Positions 1-10,037 are shown, counted from the stretch's first letter. The stretch is DNA of 64,000 nt from an uncultured Acidobacteriaceae bacterium (GCA_963781635.1 CAWAFZ010000020.1:128688-192687), one strand, 5' to 3'. Notes: generated by a model not told the origin, from the sequence alone. Numbers and translations: made by a program.

Positions 1-694
1 TAGCACTTTGCTGAAGCGGGCGGGCGGATTCCGTCCGATGGCCTATCCCGAGGGTGCGGTGCTCGAGCGGGTGCAGGTGCGTCAGATTGCGGAGAAGAGC
101 AGGTTGCAGCTGATTCAGCAAGTGGAGATGGCGGGGCAGAACACCAAATCTCCGATCGGCGCTTCGGCCACGGATCAAGCGGCGCTGCTGGCCAGCGTCA
201 GCCAGCAGCAGGAGCAGCTCCTCGCGACTTTGCGAAAACAGCCAGCCAGCGGACGACTGGTTATCAGCATCTCGGATCGCATCGAGAAGTGGGAGAACAC
301 GGTGAACGACATTGAGTTGCGCTCCGGGGATATGCTCACCATTCCGAAAAGGCCCAACTTCGTGGTCGTGACCGGACAGGTATACAACTCAGCCGCATTG
401 ACGTATCTGCCGGGCATGAGCGCGCGTAGCTACCTTCGCCAGGCGGGCGGTCCCACCGAAATGGCGAACAAGAAGGACATCTACATCATCCGCGCCAATG
501 GCTCCATCGTTGGGCGTGGAGGAAATCGATCGCTGTGGGAAGGCAATACCTTGAGCACGACGTTGCGCCGCGGCGACACGATCGTGGTTCCGGAGAAGGC
601 GCTGGGCGGCAGCCAGACCTGGAAGAACGTGATCGACAGCGTGCAGGTGGTCTCGTCGCTTGCTATAGCAGCCCGAGTCGCGGTTAGTTTCTAA
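1..694 (+). CDS. Polysaccharide export protein, C-terminal part (Wza/OPX type; 5' end lies outside the window)
   Basis: The frame of ORF 8..694 is open to the window edge. It shows SLBB-like beta-grasp repeats (GDMLTIPKRPNFVVVTGQV, RGDTIVVPEK). It sits at the head of a polysaccharide locus. Confidence 0.7.
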   Translation, partial: STLLKRAGGFRPMAYPEGAVLERVQVRQIAEKSRLQLIQQVEMAGQNTKSPIGASATDQAALLASVSQQQEQLLATLRKQPASGRLVISISDRIEKWENTVNDIELRSGDMLTIPKRPNFVVVTGQVYNSAALTYLPGMSARSYLRQAGGPTEMANKKDIYIIRANGSIVGRGGNRSLWEGNTLSTTLRRGDTIVVPEKALGGSQTWKNVIDSVQVVSSLAIAARVAVSF

Positions 695-711
695 GCCAGT
701 TTCTTTCTCCA

Positions 712-3207
712 GTGTGGCGGATACGAGACAAGAAGATCGTTTGGCTGGTGGGATTGACTCTGGCTTCGGTTACGAGCTGGGCACAAGCGCAGCCGGCGGA
801 GAATCAAATGCAAACCGAGTCGTCCGAAGCGCCAGAAAAAATTACCTCACACGCTATGTCCCCAGCTTCTTCACACTTCATCCTCGAGAAGAAACTTGTG
901 CCTGACGTCCTCGCGGATCAGAAAGCTTTGTGGACCAGGCCTTTCCAACCCAAAGCAACCGACATCAACTGGTTCGTCCCCCTTGCCGCGACTACTTCCC
1001 TGATGATCGGCAGTGACAACTCGATTGAAGCCAAGTTGCCTACCGGCACAAGTTTTATTAAGCGCAGCCAGACCTTCTCGAACGTCGGTGTAGCCTGGTT
1101 GGTAGCAACTGGCGGAGGCATTTATCTGTGGGGTGGTCTGGAGCACGACACCCATGCGCGGGAGACTGGCATCCTCAGCGCAGAAGCGGTGCTCGATAGT
1201 CTGGCCGTGGACTCCGCTATGCAATTATTCACGGGCCGGCAAAGGCCCGGCCAAGGCAATGGGAAGGGGCGGTTTTGGCAGGGTGGAAATTCCTTTCCCT
1301 CGGAACATGCCGCAGTCGCCTGGTCGGTGGCCAGCGTGTTGGCTCACGAGTATCCCGGGCCGATGACGGAATTCCTGGCCTATGGCGCGGCCTCCGCAAT
1401 CAGCGTGGCCCGGGTGACCGGACGCGATCATTTTGCCTCCGATGTCCTGGTCGGGAGTGTGCTCGGCTGGTATCTGGGCCGCGAGGCTTACCGCACTCAT
1501 CATGATCCGCAACGAGGAGGGCCGGGGTGGGACACCTCCTCGTATGATGGCGAGGGCCGCGAAAACTCGCCAGCAAACATGGGCTCGCCTTACGTTCCGC
1601 TGCAGAGTTGGGTCTATCCGGCAATTGAGCGTCTGGCAGCTCTTGGGTATGTGCAGACCGCGTTTCTTGGCATTCGTCCGTGGACGCGCATGGAATGCGC
1701 GCGCTTGCTGCAGGAGGCTGGGGAGAGGATCAACGATGAGAGTCCAGAGAATAACAACCATAAAAATAAGGATGACGGGAATCAGAATGAAGCCAGCCGA
1801 TTGCACGCCGTGCTGCTTGAGGAATTTGCCGACGAGAGCAGCCGATGGAAAGGCTCAGCCAACCTGGGCGCCAGCTTGGATTCGGTCTATGCGGGCTTCA
1901 CTGCAATCTCTGGAACGCCACTGCGAGACGGATACCACTTCGGGCAGACCATCATTAATAACTACGGCCGTCCCTACGGCGAGGGCTTTAACGCCACCGA
2001 TGGCTCTACCAGCCATGCCGTCGCCGGGCCGCTTTCGATCGCGGTGCAGGGCGAATACCAACATGCGCCTGCGGTGCTATCGGATGCGCCCAGCATCCTC
2101 GCAGCTACCGCCGCAGCCGATGGAACTCTGCCGCTAGCCAACGGTACGGCGACGGTCAATCGCCTGCGTTTGCTCGAAAGCTCGATCGCTCTCACCTTCA
2201 ACAATATTGAACTCTCCTTCGGCCAGCAAAGCCTCTGGTTAGGTCCAAGCCAGTCAGGACCGTTCCTGTTCAGCAATAATGCCGAACCGGTGACCATGCT
2301 TCGGATCGACGCGGTCGCACCCTACCGAATTCCTCTGCTTTCTTATGTGCTGGGACCCGTGCGCTCACAATTCTTTCTGGGACGCTTGTCCGGACACCAC
2401 TGGGAGGAGTCGCCCACGCTGTACGGTCCGAACCTCACCTCGCAACCTTTCGTTCACGGCAGCAGCATCAGCTTCCATCCCACTACAAATCTGGAATTCG
2501 GCTTCGGCTTTACGGCTCAGTTCGGCGGCGAAGGCAATCCCTTTACCTGGAGAAATTTCGTGCGAACATTTTATTCGCACCGCGCCAATGCTTTGAACAA
2601 TCCCGCCAAGCGCCTCTCGGAGTTCAACTTCAACTATCGCGTTCCCGGCCTGCGCGACTGGTTGGAGGTGTATGTCGACTCCATGGTGATCGACGAATAC
2701 ACGCCGATCGGCTCGACCCGGCCTGCCATCAATCCGGGACTGTACCTGCCACGCCTGCCCAGGCTGCACAAGATGGATTTCCGCCTCGAAGGAATAACTA
2801 CCGATCTGAACTGGCCATCGCATTTCGGTCCGGGAGCAGTGTATTACGATGTTCGCTACCGCTCCGGCTACACCAACGATGGCAACATCATCGGAAGTTG
2901 GATCGGACGGCAAGGCTGGGGCGAACAAAGTTGGCTGACTTACTGGTTTTCTCCGCGCACGTTTATCCAAGCCGAATACCGGCAGGCGAGCGTGGACAAA
3001 CAGTTCCTGGACGGAGGCCACCAGCAGGATTTCACCCTGCGCGGCGCTGTGATGCTGTCCCGAGAATGGGGCGTTTCCGGTTTTGTGCAGCAGGAAAACC
3101 ACCGCTACCCGGCTTTATTTCCCACGGCCAAATCGGATCTTGCGGCCACTTTGCAGTTGACCTTCTTTCCGCAGTGGAAAACCAGACAAAATCGTCCCGC
3201 GGACTGA
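712..3207 (+). CDS. Fusion protein: N-terminal PAP2 (acid phosphatase fold) domain plus C-terminal Wzi-like capsule-assembly outer-membrane domain
   Basis: 831-aa ORF with a signal-like N-terminus (LVGLTLASVTSWAQAQ). PAP2 motifs are present: GRQRP, FPSEHAA and SVARVTGRDHFASDV. From about aa 290 the sequence YVPLQSWVYPAIERLAALGYV..IRPWTRMECARLL is followed by a long Gly/aromatic-rich region ending LQLTFF. That resembles Wzi-family barrels, by eye only. Confidence 0.6.
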   Translation: MWRIRDKKIVWLVGLTLASVTSWAQAQPAENQMQTESSEAPEKITSHAMSPASSHFILEKKLVPDVLADQKALWTRPFQPKATDINWFVPLAATTSLMIGSDNSIEAKLPTGTSFIKRSQTFSNVGVAWLVATGGGIYLWGGLEHDTHARETGILSAEAVLDSLAVDSAMQLFTGRQRPGQGNGKGRFWQGGNSFPSEHAAVAWSVASVLAHEYPGPMTEFLAYGAASAISVARVTGRDHFASDVLVGSVLGWYLGREAYRTHHDPQRGGPGWDTSSYDGEGRENSPANMGSPYVPLQSWVYPAIERLAALGYVQTAFLGIRPWTRMECARLLQEAGERINDESPENNNHKNKDDGNQNEASRLHAVLLEEFADESSRWKGSANLGASLDSVYAGFTAISGTPLRDGYHFGQTIINNYGRPYGEGFNATDGSTSHAVAGPLSIAVQGEYQHAPAVLSDAPSILAATAAADGTLPLANGTATVNRLRLLESSIALTFNNIELSFGQQSLWLGPSQSGPFLFSNNAEPVTMLRIDAVAPYRIPLLSYVLGPVRSQFFLGRLSGHHWEESPTLYGPNLTSQPFVHGSSISFHPTTNLEFGFGFTAQFGGEGNPFTWRNFVRTFYSHRANALNNPAKRLSEFNFNYRVPGLRDWLEVYVDSMVIDEYTPIGSTRPAINPGLYLPRLPRLHKMDFRLEGITTDLNWPSHFGPGAVYYDVRYRSGYTNDGNIIGSWIGRQGWGEQSWLTYWFSPRTFIQAEYRQASVDKQFLDGGHQQDFTLRGAVMLSREWGVSGFVQQENHRYPALFPTAKSDLAATLQLTFFPQWKTRQNRPAD

Positions 3208-3241
3208 ACACATCCGTTTCTGTTGATTCCAAATTCTGTTC

Positions 3242-4663
3242 GTGATGCCGACCTCGAAAGCTCCGTTCAAGCCGCAAGGCGCGGCCCTGCCGCAATATCG
3301 TCCCAGCCTGTCGGCGGGAGAAGACGTTCCATCTGCGTATCAGCTTATAGTGCGGACCGAGAGACTGCGAACGCTCTGGAATTACCGCCGCGTCATTGCG
3401 CTGACTACGCTGGCGGCTTGTTTGCTCTCGTGTTTGGTCAGCATCTTGATTCCAGCCTCCTACACCGCGACCACGCAGTTGATGCCGCCGGATTCCGAGT
3501 CCTCTTCCGGTATCGCCATGGTTGCCGCTTTAGCAAAAGCGGGTGGCGGCGTGGGATCGCTGGCGGGAGACGTGCTCGGCCTCAAAAGCACCGGATCTCT
3601 CTTTGTGGGGATGCTGCGCAGCGAGAGTTCGCAACTCATGCTGGTCGAGCGCTTCGATCTGAAAAAAGTATATGGCGCGAAACTCACGCAAGATGCGCGA
3701 GCCCAACTGGATGAACGGACCGTGATCTCGGAAGACCGCAAGAGCGGCATTATCACCATCAGCGTCACCGATGTCTCGCCGCCGCGAGCGGCGGCTTTGG
3801 CCAACGCCTATGTGGACCAGCTGAATACACTTGTGACCGACTCTTCCATCTCCTCCGCTCACCGCGAACGTGTGTTTCTGGAAGACCGGCTAAAGGTGGC
3901 CAAGCAAGAACTTGACCAGGCCTCGAGCGAGCTGGCGCAGTTCTCCAGCCAGAACAGCACGCTCGACATGCAGCAGATGGGCAAGGCCATGCTCGACGCC
4001 ACCGGCAACGTGGCCGCGCAGTTGATCGCCGCCGAATCCGAGTTGCAAGGGCTGCGCCAGATGTATACCGACGACAACGCGCGGGTGCAGTCCATGAGCG
4101 GGCGGGTGGCGGAGTTGCGCAAGCAGTTGGCGCGCATGCAGGGGGGGCAGGGCAATGCCACGGCGCGCGCTGGATTGAACTCACCGGGGGCGTCGCATCC
4201 TGGCCAGCCGAACGACACGCCCTATCCCAGCCTCCGGAGCCTGCCCATTCTGGGGGTCAAGTACGCCGATTATTTCCGCCGCGCAAAGATCCAGGAAACG
4301 GTTTATGAGTTGCTGACCGAGCAATACGAACTGGCCAAGATCCAGGAGGTGAAGGAGACTCCCAGCGTGAAAGTGCTCGACCGGGCGCGTGTTCCGGAGA
4401 GAAAGTCGTTTCCTCCGCGAATGCTGATTGTGGTTCTCGGCACATTTTTTGCCTTCTCGGCATGCCTGGCTGGTGTCGCGGGACTGTCGAGCTGGCAGGC
4501 TACCGACCCGCAGGATCCGCGCAAACTCTTCGCCCGGGAAGTGGCCGGAGAGGTCTTCGCCACAGTGAACGTGCAGCAGGCGCGGTCCTCGCGCAATGGT
4601 CACCATGTTCCTCCAAAATCTGGCTCAGCCGGCTCCAGTCTGGATCTTCCGGAGCAGCCTTGA
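3242..4663 (+). CDS. Polysaccharide chain-length determinant (Wzz/GumC, PCP family) without a kinase domain
   Basis: 473 aa. N-terminal TM helix (VIALTTLAACLLSCLVSILI), long coiled-coil region and a GNVR-like segment (YELLTEQYELAKIQE..VKVLDRARVPERKSFP). A second TM helix (MLIVVLGTFFAFSACLAGVAGL) follows. No Walker A P-loop is visible. Confidence 0.7.
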   Translation: MMPTSKAPFKPQGAALPQYRPSLSAGEDVPSAYQLIVRTERLRTLWNYRRVIALTTLAACLLSCLVSILIPASYTATTQLMPPDSESSSGIAMVAALAKAGGGVGSLAGDVLGLKSTGSLFVGMLRSESSQLMLVERFDLKKVYGAKLTQDARAQLDERTVISEDRKSGIITISVTDVSPPRAAALANAYVDQLNTLVTDSSISSAHRERVFLEDRLKVAKQELDQASSELAQFSSQNSTLDMQQMGKAMLDATGNVAAQLIAAESELQGLRQMYTDDNARVQSMSGRVAELRKQLARMQGGQGNATARAGLNSPGASHPGQPNDTPYPSLRSLPILGVKYADYFRRAKIQETVYELLTEQYELAKIQEVKETPSVKVLDRARVPERKSFPPRMLIVVLGTFFAFSACLAGVAGLSSWQATDPQDPRKLFAREVAGEVFATVNVQQARSSRNGHHVPPKSGSAGSSLDLPEQP

Positions 4664-4695
4664 CAGCTTTGCCCACCCTTTTTCAACGGGACAAG

Positions 4696-6990
4696 ATGAC
4701 CTTGGGCGCCAAGGTCGCCAGAAACGTGACCTACAGCACGGTACGGCTGTTTCTTCTAGCACCTCTGCCTTTTATCTTGATCCCGTATTTCCTGAAGAAG
4801 CTCGGACCTTCCGGATATGGAACCTGGGCGGTTTTGCTGGCTATCAGCAGTTTAACTTCACTGGCCGATGTCGGGTTGGTGACCACTCTGAGCAAACACG
4901 TGGCCGAGTTCTACGCACACAAAGATTTCCGCGCCCTTAATCGGCTTATTAACACCGGCTTCGTCCTCTACCTGTCGATTGCAATTCTGGGAGCGGGCAG
5001 CCTATGGCTGAGCGAGCCCTTCGTTCTTTCCACGTTGTTTCGCGGCAGCACTCTGCCGCTCGACCAATTGCAGGTGCTCTGGCATAGCCTGATTCTTTTG
5101 ATGGTCGCTAACATCCTTACGCTGTTGCTCTTCTCCGTGGTGGTGGGCCTGCAGCGCATGGACGTGAGCGCCTGCCTCGCGTCGGCGAACGTTCTCGCCA
5201 GCGCCGGTTTGAGCGTCGTCTTTCTCCACTGGAATTGGGGACTACGCGGCATCCTGTATGCCTACCTCATAGCCGCCTGGATTACTTTCTTTGCCTATAT
5301 TTACGCGCTCGACCGGCTATTGCCTGAAATAAGATTCGAGCCTGCCACCTGCCGCTGGTCGGTCGCCAAAGAAATTCTCAGCTTTAGCCTGAAGACTTAT
5401 GTCACGCAGATGGCCGTGGTGATTCACAATCAGATCGAGAAGATCTATCTTGCCCACTTCGTCGGAGTGGTCGAGGTGGGTTGGTACGATATCTCGAGCG
5501 ATCTTGCGCTTAAATTGCGCAGCATTCCCGGCCTCATGCTCTCGCCCATGATGCCGGCGGCCTCCGAACTGGATGCCCTCGGGGATCACGGACGACTCCG
5601 GCATTTTTACCAGCGGGCTCACAAATACCTTGCCTTTGCCGCCGTACCGATGGTCGTGTTTGTAGTGTTCTCTGCCCAAAGTTTTGTGAGGCTGTGGCTG
5701 GGCCCGGGGTTGATGGTGATTGCGGCGCCCTTGAGCGTGTTGCTGGCGGTGAACATCCTCAACCTGGCCACCGGTCCCGGTCTTTTGACTTTGGTGGGGA
5801 AGGGAATCTTAAAGCCTGGGTTGTACAGCGCCATCGCTGGCATCGTGTTGAACTGTCCATTGAGCCTGGTGCTGATCTGGGCCTTCGGTTTTCAAGGGGC
5901 GGTCATCGGCACATCGATATCGATCACGGCCGCGTCTGTATTTTTCTTGTATCTCTTCGAGCGGGAGACTCGCGGGGCGTTTCCAGGCGTGATGAGAAAC
6001 TATCTGAAAGCGCTGGGATGTTCGCTCGCGATAGTCCTGGGGCTGTGGCTGGTCACGCGATCTCATCCGAACTCCTGGAGCCTGCTGGCCATCCGCGGCG
6101 TGAGTTTTGGGGTCGCCTATCTGGGCCTGCTGCTGGGAGTGCGGTTTTTCGACGCCGTCGATCTGTCGATTGCCGGAACTTTTTTTCCTGTTCCGGCCGC
6201 AGCCAAACGGCTCATCGCGTGGCGGGAAGGCCCATTCACGGTCTTGAATTGGGCGACGCGCTACTTCCCGATTCTGCGAGCCTTGAAGCAGCATATGGCT
6301 CAGCAGCACTCGGATCAGCCCGGCTCGCTGCTTGAGGTGGGTGCCGGGCCGGTCGGCATTGGAAGGTTTTACCGCGCTCCATTTGTCGGCTGCGATCTCG
6401 GCGCGTCATGGCGGCCGATCGCTCCCATGGTGCCGGTCATGGCGACCGCGACCCAACTGCCCTTCAAGAACCGGTCTTTCGATGCCGTGATCCTCTCTGA
6501 CGTTCTCGAACATATTCCCCCGAAAGACCGCGCAGCAGTCATCGAGGAGTCGTTACGAGTAACGCGCGGGGTCGCCATCTTCGGCTTTCCTTCCGGCGGC
6601 GAGGCCCAGGAAGCGGACCGTCAGCTCGCCCAGGTCTATGACCGCGGGCGAAGAGAACGGCCCAGTTGGCTGCAGGAACATTTGCAGTACTCCTATCCCA
6701 CGGAGGCGCTCTTTGCCGAGCTCGACGGAGAGTGGGCGGTCAGCAATTTCGGGAACGCAAGCGCCGGCTTCCATTTTTGGACGATGCGCAAGGAAATGCT
6801 CCGCCCGTGGGCTTATCTGTTCATCATTTTGTTGGCCTTCGTGCCGCGCTGGATGGAACACTTTCTGCGGCATGCCGATCGCGAACCCTACTACCGCAAA
6901 ATCGTAGTGCTCCGGCGCAGAGCGGCTGCGAAAGCGAGTGTGGAACAGAGCGCCGATGAAGAGCAGGCCGAGGCCGCTGTTTGCCAGTAG
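4696..6990 (+). CDS. Wzx-type (MOP superfamily) polysaccharide flippase fused to a C-terminal class I SAM-dependent methyltransferase domain
   Basis: I chose the ATG at 4696 (MTLGAKVARNVTYS) because the upstream ORF extension from 4462 overlaps the wzz-like gene. About 500 aa of repeated hydrophobic helices are followed by the methyltransferase motifs LLEVGAGPVGIG and FDAVILSDVLEHIP. Confidence 0.7.
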   Translation: MTLGAKVARNVTYSTVRLFLLAPLPFILIPYFLKKLGPSGYGTWAVLLAISSLTSLADVGLVTTLSKHVAEFYAHKDFRALNRLINTGFVLYLSIAILGAGSLWLSEPFVLSTLFRGSTLPLDQLQVLWHSLILLMVANILTLLLFSVVVGLQRMDVSACLASANVLASAGLSVVFLHWNWGLRGILYAYLIAAWITFFAYIYALDRLLPEIRFEPATCRWSVAKEILSFSLKTYVTQMAVVIHNQIEKIYLAHFVGVVEVGWYDISSDLALKLRSIPGLMLSPMMPAASELDALGDHGRLRHFYQRAHKYLAFAAVPMVVFVVFSAQSFVRLWLGPGLMVIAAPLSVLLAVNILNLATGPGLLTLVGKGILKPGLYSAIAGIVLNCPLSLVLIWAFGFQGAVIGTSISITAASVFFLYLFERETRGAFPGVMRNYLKALGCSLAIVLGLWLVTRSHPNSWSLLAIRGVSFGVAYLGLLLGVRFFDAVDLSIAGTFFPVPAAAKRLIAWREGPFTVLNWATRYFPILRALKQHMAQQHSDQPGSLLEVGAGPVGIGRFYRAPFVGCDLGASWRPIAPMVPVMATATQLPFKNRSFDAVILSDVLEHIPPKDRAAVIEESLRVTRGVAIFGFPSGGEAQEADRQLAQVYDRGRRERPSWLQEHLQYSYPTEALFAELDGEWAVSNFGNASAGFHFWTMRKEMLRPWAYLFIILLAFVPRWMEHFLRHADREPYYRKIVVLRRRAAAKASVEQSADEEQAEAAVCQ

Positions 6991-7006
6991 CGAGAATTCC
7001 CCTCCC

Positions 7007-7699
7007 ATGAGATATGCATTGGTCACTCCCACAATCTGCCGGCCGTCTCTGGTGCGGCTGTGCGAGAGCATCGACAGCCAGGAGCGAGCTGAGTGGGAGC
7101 ACTTGCTGGTAGTCGATTTGCCCCAGGGGAAGATGACGGAGGCGCAGCGGAAAATCCTGGCCTCGATCCCGCTGCGATCCAACCGGTCGATCTTTTATTG
7201 CGACCGCAACCACAACAATTACGGACACACTTGCCGGCATCAGGTGTGGGAGCAGGTGCAGGCGGAATACATCTTCTACATCGATGACGACGATTATCTC
7301 GCTGACCCTTCGGTCCTCGAGACCTTGAATTCGGTCAGAGAGCCGTGGGCTGTGTTTCCGGTGCTAAGGCACGGAGTAGAGTTCTTTCATCTCCCCCCCG
7401 GCAAAACCAGCACCGGAACCGGCATGTTCATTCACAGAAAAGAGATTGGCCGATGGCCCGACTCGAACGCCTACGACACGGATGGCTCGTTTGTGGAAAC
7501 CCTGGCCCTCAATTACTCCTGCCAGGTCGTGAATTCCAGGCCGCTGGTAGCCTTGCCTACGAGTAGCTGTGGCGTCTCGAATGCCGAGACATTTTCCGGT
7601 CGCTTGCGGGCGAAGGGAATCGCGTACTGGATTTACATGTGGAAGCGTCTCTTGCCGGCCAATAAATCGCGGGCGGGGACATCGATCGGCGTCATGTAA
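7007..7699 (+). CDS. Small glycosyltransferase-like protein (GT2/GT-A-like, DxD type)
   Basis: ATG at 7007 (MRYALVTPTICRPSLVRLCESIDSQ) and an acidic motif YIDDDDYL. The family call is weak. Confidence 0.5.
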   Translation: MRYALVTPTICRPSLVRLCESIDSQERAEWEHLLVVDLPQGKMTEAQRKILASIPLRSNRSIFYCDRNHNNYGHTCRHQVWEQVQAEYIFYIDDDDYLADPSVLETLNSVREPWAVFPVLRHGVEFFHLPPGKTSTGTGMFIHRKEIGRWPDSNAYDTDGSFVETLALNYSCQVVNSRPLVALPTSSCGVSNAETFSGRLRAKGIAYWIYMWKRLLPANKSRAGTSIGVM

Positions 7700-7708
7700 G
7701 GAACGCTT

Positions 7709-8704
7709 GTGAGCGACTCGAACCAGGTTTTGGAGATACAGGGCACAGCGTCTTGCTCAGATGCTTCCGGTGCCGACGAGTATTTTCCGTGCGCCGGTAT
7801 GGCGCATCCCGATTTCGGTGCTCCGTCCCGCGAAACCGTATGCGCCGTGATCGTCACCCACAACCCCGATGCCGGTTTTTTTTCCCGCGTTGAAAGAGTT
7901 CGGCCGCAAGTAGCCCGGATCGTGATTGTTGACAACGGTTCCACGGAGCCGGCTCTCGCGCAAATCCGGCAATTCGAGAATCAGAACCATCTGCATTTAA
8001 TTTCGAACCCGGCGAATCAGGGAATTGCACATGCTCTCAATCAGGGCGCGCAATGGGCTGCGAGCAAAGGGCACCGCTGGATTCTGACCCTCGATCAGGA
8101 CACGGTCGTCGCTTCCGGCATGGTGAATGCTCTGGCGGAGATATATCAGGCAGCGCCCGACAAAAAACGGCTCGCAGTGATCGGATCGAATTACACGTAT
8201 CGGGAGAACGGAAAGTTGGCCGCCGGACAAAATTACCAAGCTGGCCTCGCGGCGGGCGAAGTGAAGGCGGTGATCACATCGGGAAGCCTGATTCCTCTCT
8301 CGGTGCTCGAAGAACTTGGCGGCTTCAGGGAGGTATTCTTTCTGGACTGCGTGGACGTGGACTATTGCCTCCGCGCCCGCTCCCGCGGCTTCTGCGTTCT
8401 CCGGACCTTGGCGCCGCTCATGCAACATTCCGTCGGCAATCTAACTGAGCATCGCTTGTTTGGGAAACATTTCACGACCACCAATCACAATCCCTGGCGG
8501 AGATACTTGCAGGTACGCAACACCGTCATCCTGGCTCGTGAGTACCTTGGCCGCGATCCCGCTCTGGTTCTTTCGGCGCTTGGTTCGCGCAGCCAGGCGA
8601 TATTGCGCGTCTGCCTGTTCGAGAGCCAACGTTTGCGCAAGCTCTCCTATTCGTTGCTTGGGGCGGTCGACGGCGTACTGGGAAAGATGAATCGCTTTGG
8701 CTGA
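7709..8704 (+). CDS. Glycosyltransferase family 2 (rhamnosyltransferase-like)
   Basis: 331 aa with CAVIVTHNPD, IVIVDNGS and LTLDQDT motifs typical of GT2 enzymes in O-antigen/EPS loci. Confidence 0.75.
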   Translation: MSDSNQVLEIQGTASCSDASGADEYFPCAGMAHPDFGAPSRETVCAVIVTHNPDAGFFSRVERVRPQVARIVIVDNGSTEPALAQIRQFENQNHLHLISNPANQGIAHALNQGAQWAASKGHRWILTLDQDTVVASGMVNALAEIYQAAPDKKRLAVIGSNYTYRENGKLAAGQNYQAGLAAGEVKAVITSGSLIPLSVLEELGGFREVFFLDCVDVDYCLRARSRGFCVLRTLAPLMQHSVGNLTEHRLFGKHFTTTNHNPWRRYLQVRNTVILAREYLGRDPALVLSALGSRSQAILRVCLFESQRLRKLSYSLLGAVDGVLGKMNRFG

Positions 8705-10037
8705 TTATTCTGAAGATATCCCTTTCCGGCAGCTTGAGGTTGTTGGCAAAGCTGACCTTCAGGGCTTCATCAAAGCGGGCTCTTGCGCCCTGCTGTTTCT
8801 TTCTATGACGCTGCCCACAGTCCCCAAGCTCATGATGCTGAAGTCCAGTCTTTTCGCGTTGTTGCTGGCCGCGACTGGGCTGGATATTCTAGCGGGCAGA
8901 AGCGCCAGGCTGGATTTTCGAATTGCGCTGTGGACCCTGGCCTTGACCGCGACCAGCTTTCTATTCGTCCTGAAGGGCATTCTGGCGGGCAATCCCGGAG
9001 CGGCGCAGTCGGTCACGGTGTACATCCTCTGGCCGATTACCTTCACGCTTTGGATAGCGGGATTGTCCGAAGACCACATTCTTTGCGCCCTGCACCGCAC
9101 TGCGATCAGCGCAACTTTATTCGTTAGTTTGTACGGTTGCTTCTATCTGCTGACGCAGTTGGAGATCGTTCCCGACATTGGGCTGGTGTCGGCACTTTCC
9201 CTGGGTTGGGATGCGCAGGCCTTCGGCGCCCATGAGGGATATACGCAGATGGCGATCGCGGGCATGAACTCTCTTCCTTTCCTCGTGCCCTACGTGATGG
9301 CCAGCGCGACGATCGAATCTCTGTGGACGGGTCCTGAGGTTTCTTGGAAACTCAGTCTGTGGGCGGCTTGCGCTTTGGGCTGGCTTATGATTCTCGCCGC
9401 CGGGAGGCGGGCTCTATTCCTCGTCGTGTTGGTAACTCCGCCGCTGATCTTTCTGGCGAGTCTATTCCTGCCTCCGGGCGAGAGGCGCGCGGGGAAGCGG
9501 CGCGTAATGAAGTTCACCGCCGTGCTCACGTTCGCCGTCGCTGTGATCTTTGTCGGCCTGGCTTTGATTTATGAAGTTGATCGGCATGCGCTCTGGGAGC
9601 AATTCATCAGCGGCTTTGATTTGAGCGCGCAGACTCCCGACGGAGATGCCGTCGAACGGCGCCAGCAATTGATCGCCCTGTCGCGAGGCTGGCTCGACCG
9701 TCCTTTATTCGGCGCCGGTCTGGGGGCGAGCGTACTGGGATCGATCCGCTCAGAAACCACGCCCTGGGCTTATGAACTTTACTACCTGGCTCTCTTGTAT
9801 CAAACCGGCCTGGTGGGGTTTCTGGCTTATGCCGCCGGTGTGATGTGGATCTTTTGGCGCGGCCTCGCCATCATCCGCGAAGGCGGCCGCGAAGCGCAAT
9901 TGATGATCCCCATGCTGGTCGGATTCTCAGGCCTGTTGATCGCCAGCGCCACCAACCCTTATCTGGGAAAGTTTGACGAGATGTGGACGCTATTCCTCCC
10001 GCTTGCGGTCATTAACCGAAGGCTGTTGCGGGCATGA
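8697..10037 (+). CDS. Wzy-type polymerase / O-antigen ligase-like polytopic membrane protein
   Basis: 446 aa with about 10-12 hydrophobic helices and one large loop. It overlaps the upstream stop by 8 nt. The start codon is uncertain. Confidence 0.6.
   Translation: MADYSEDIPFRQLEVVGKADLQGFIKAGSCALLFLSMTLPTVPKLMMLKSSLFALLLAATGLDILAGRSARLDFRIALWTLALTATSFLFVLKGILAGNPGAAQSVTVYILWPITFTLWIAGLSEDHILCALHRTAISATLFVSLYGCFYLLTQLEIVPDIGLVSALSLGWDAQAFGAHEGYTQMAIAGMNSLPFLVPYVMASATIESLWTGPEVSWKLSLWAACALGWLMILAAGRRALFLVVLVTPPLIFLASLFLPPGERRAGKRRVMKFTAVLTFAVAVIFVGLALIYEVDRHALWEQFISGFDLSAQTPDGDAVERRQQLIALSRGWLDRPLFGAGLGASVLGSIRSETTPWAYELYYLALLYQTGLVGFLAYAAGVMWIFWRGLAIIREGGREAQLMIPMLVGFSGLLIASATNPYLGKFDEMWTLFLPLAVINRRLLRA

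Noticed and set aside
4462-4695. Upstream extension of the flippase ORF (78 extra codons)
   Set aside because: It overlaps the 3' end of the wzz-like gene and is Arg/Gly/Ser-rich. The ATG at 4696 starts directly with the flippase-like sequence.
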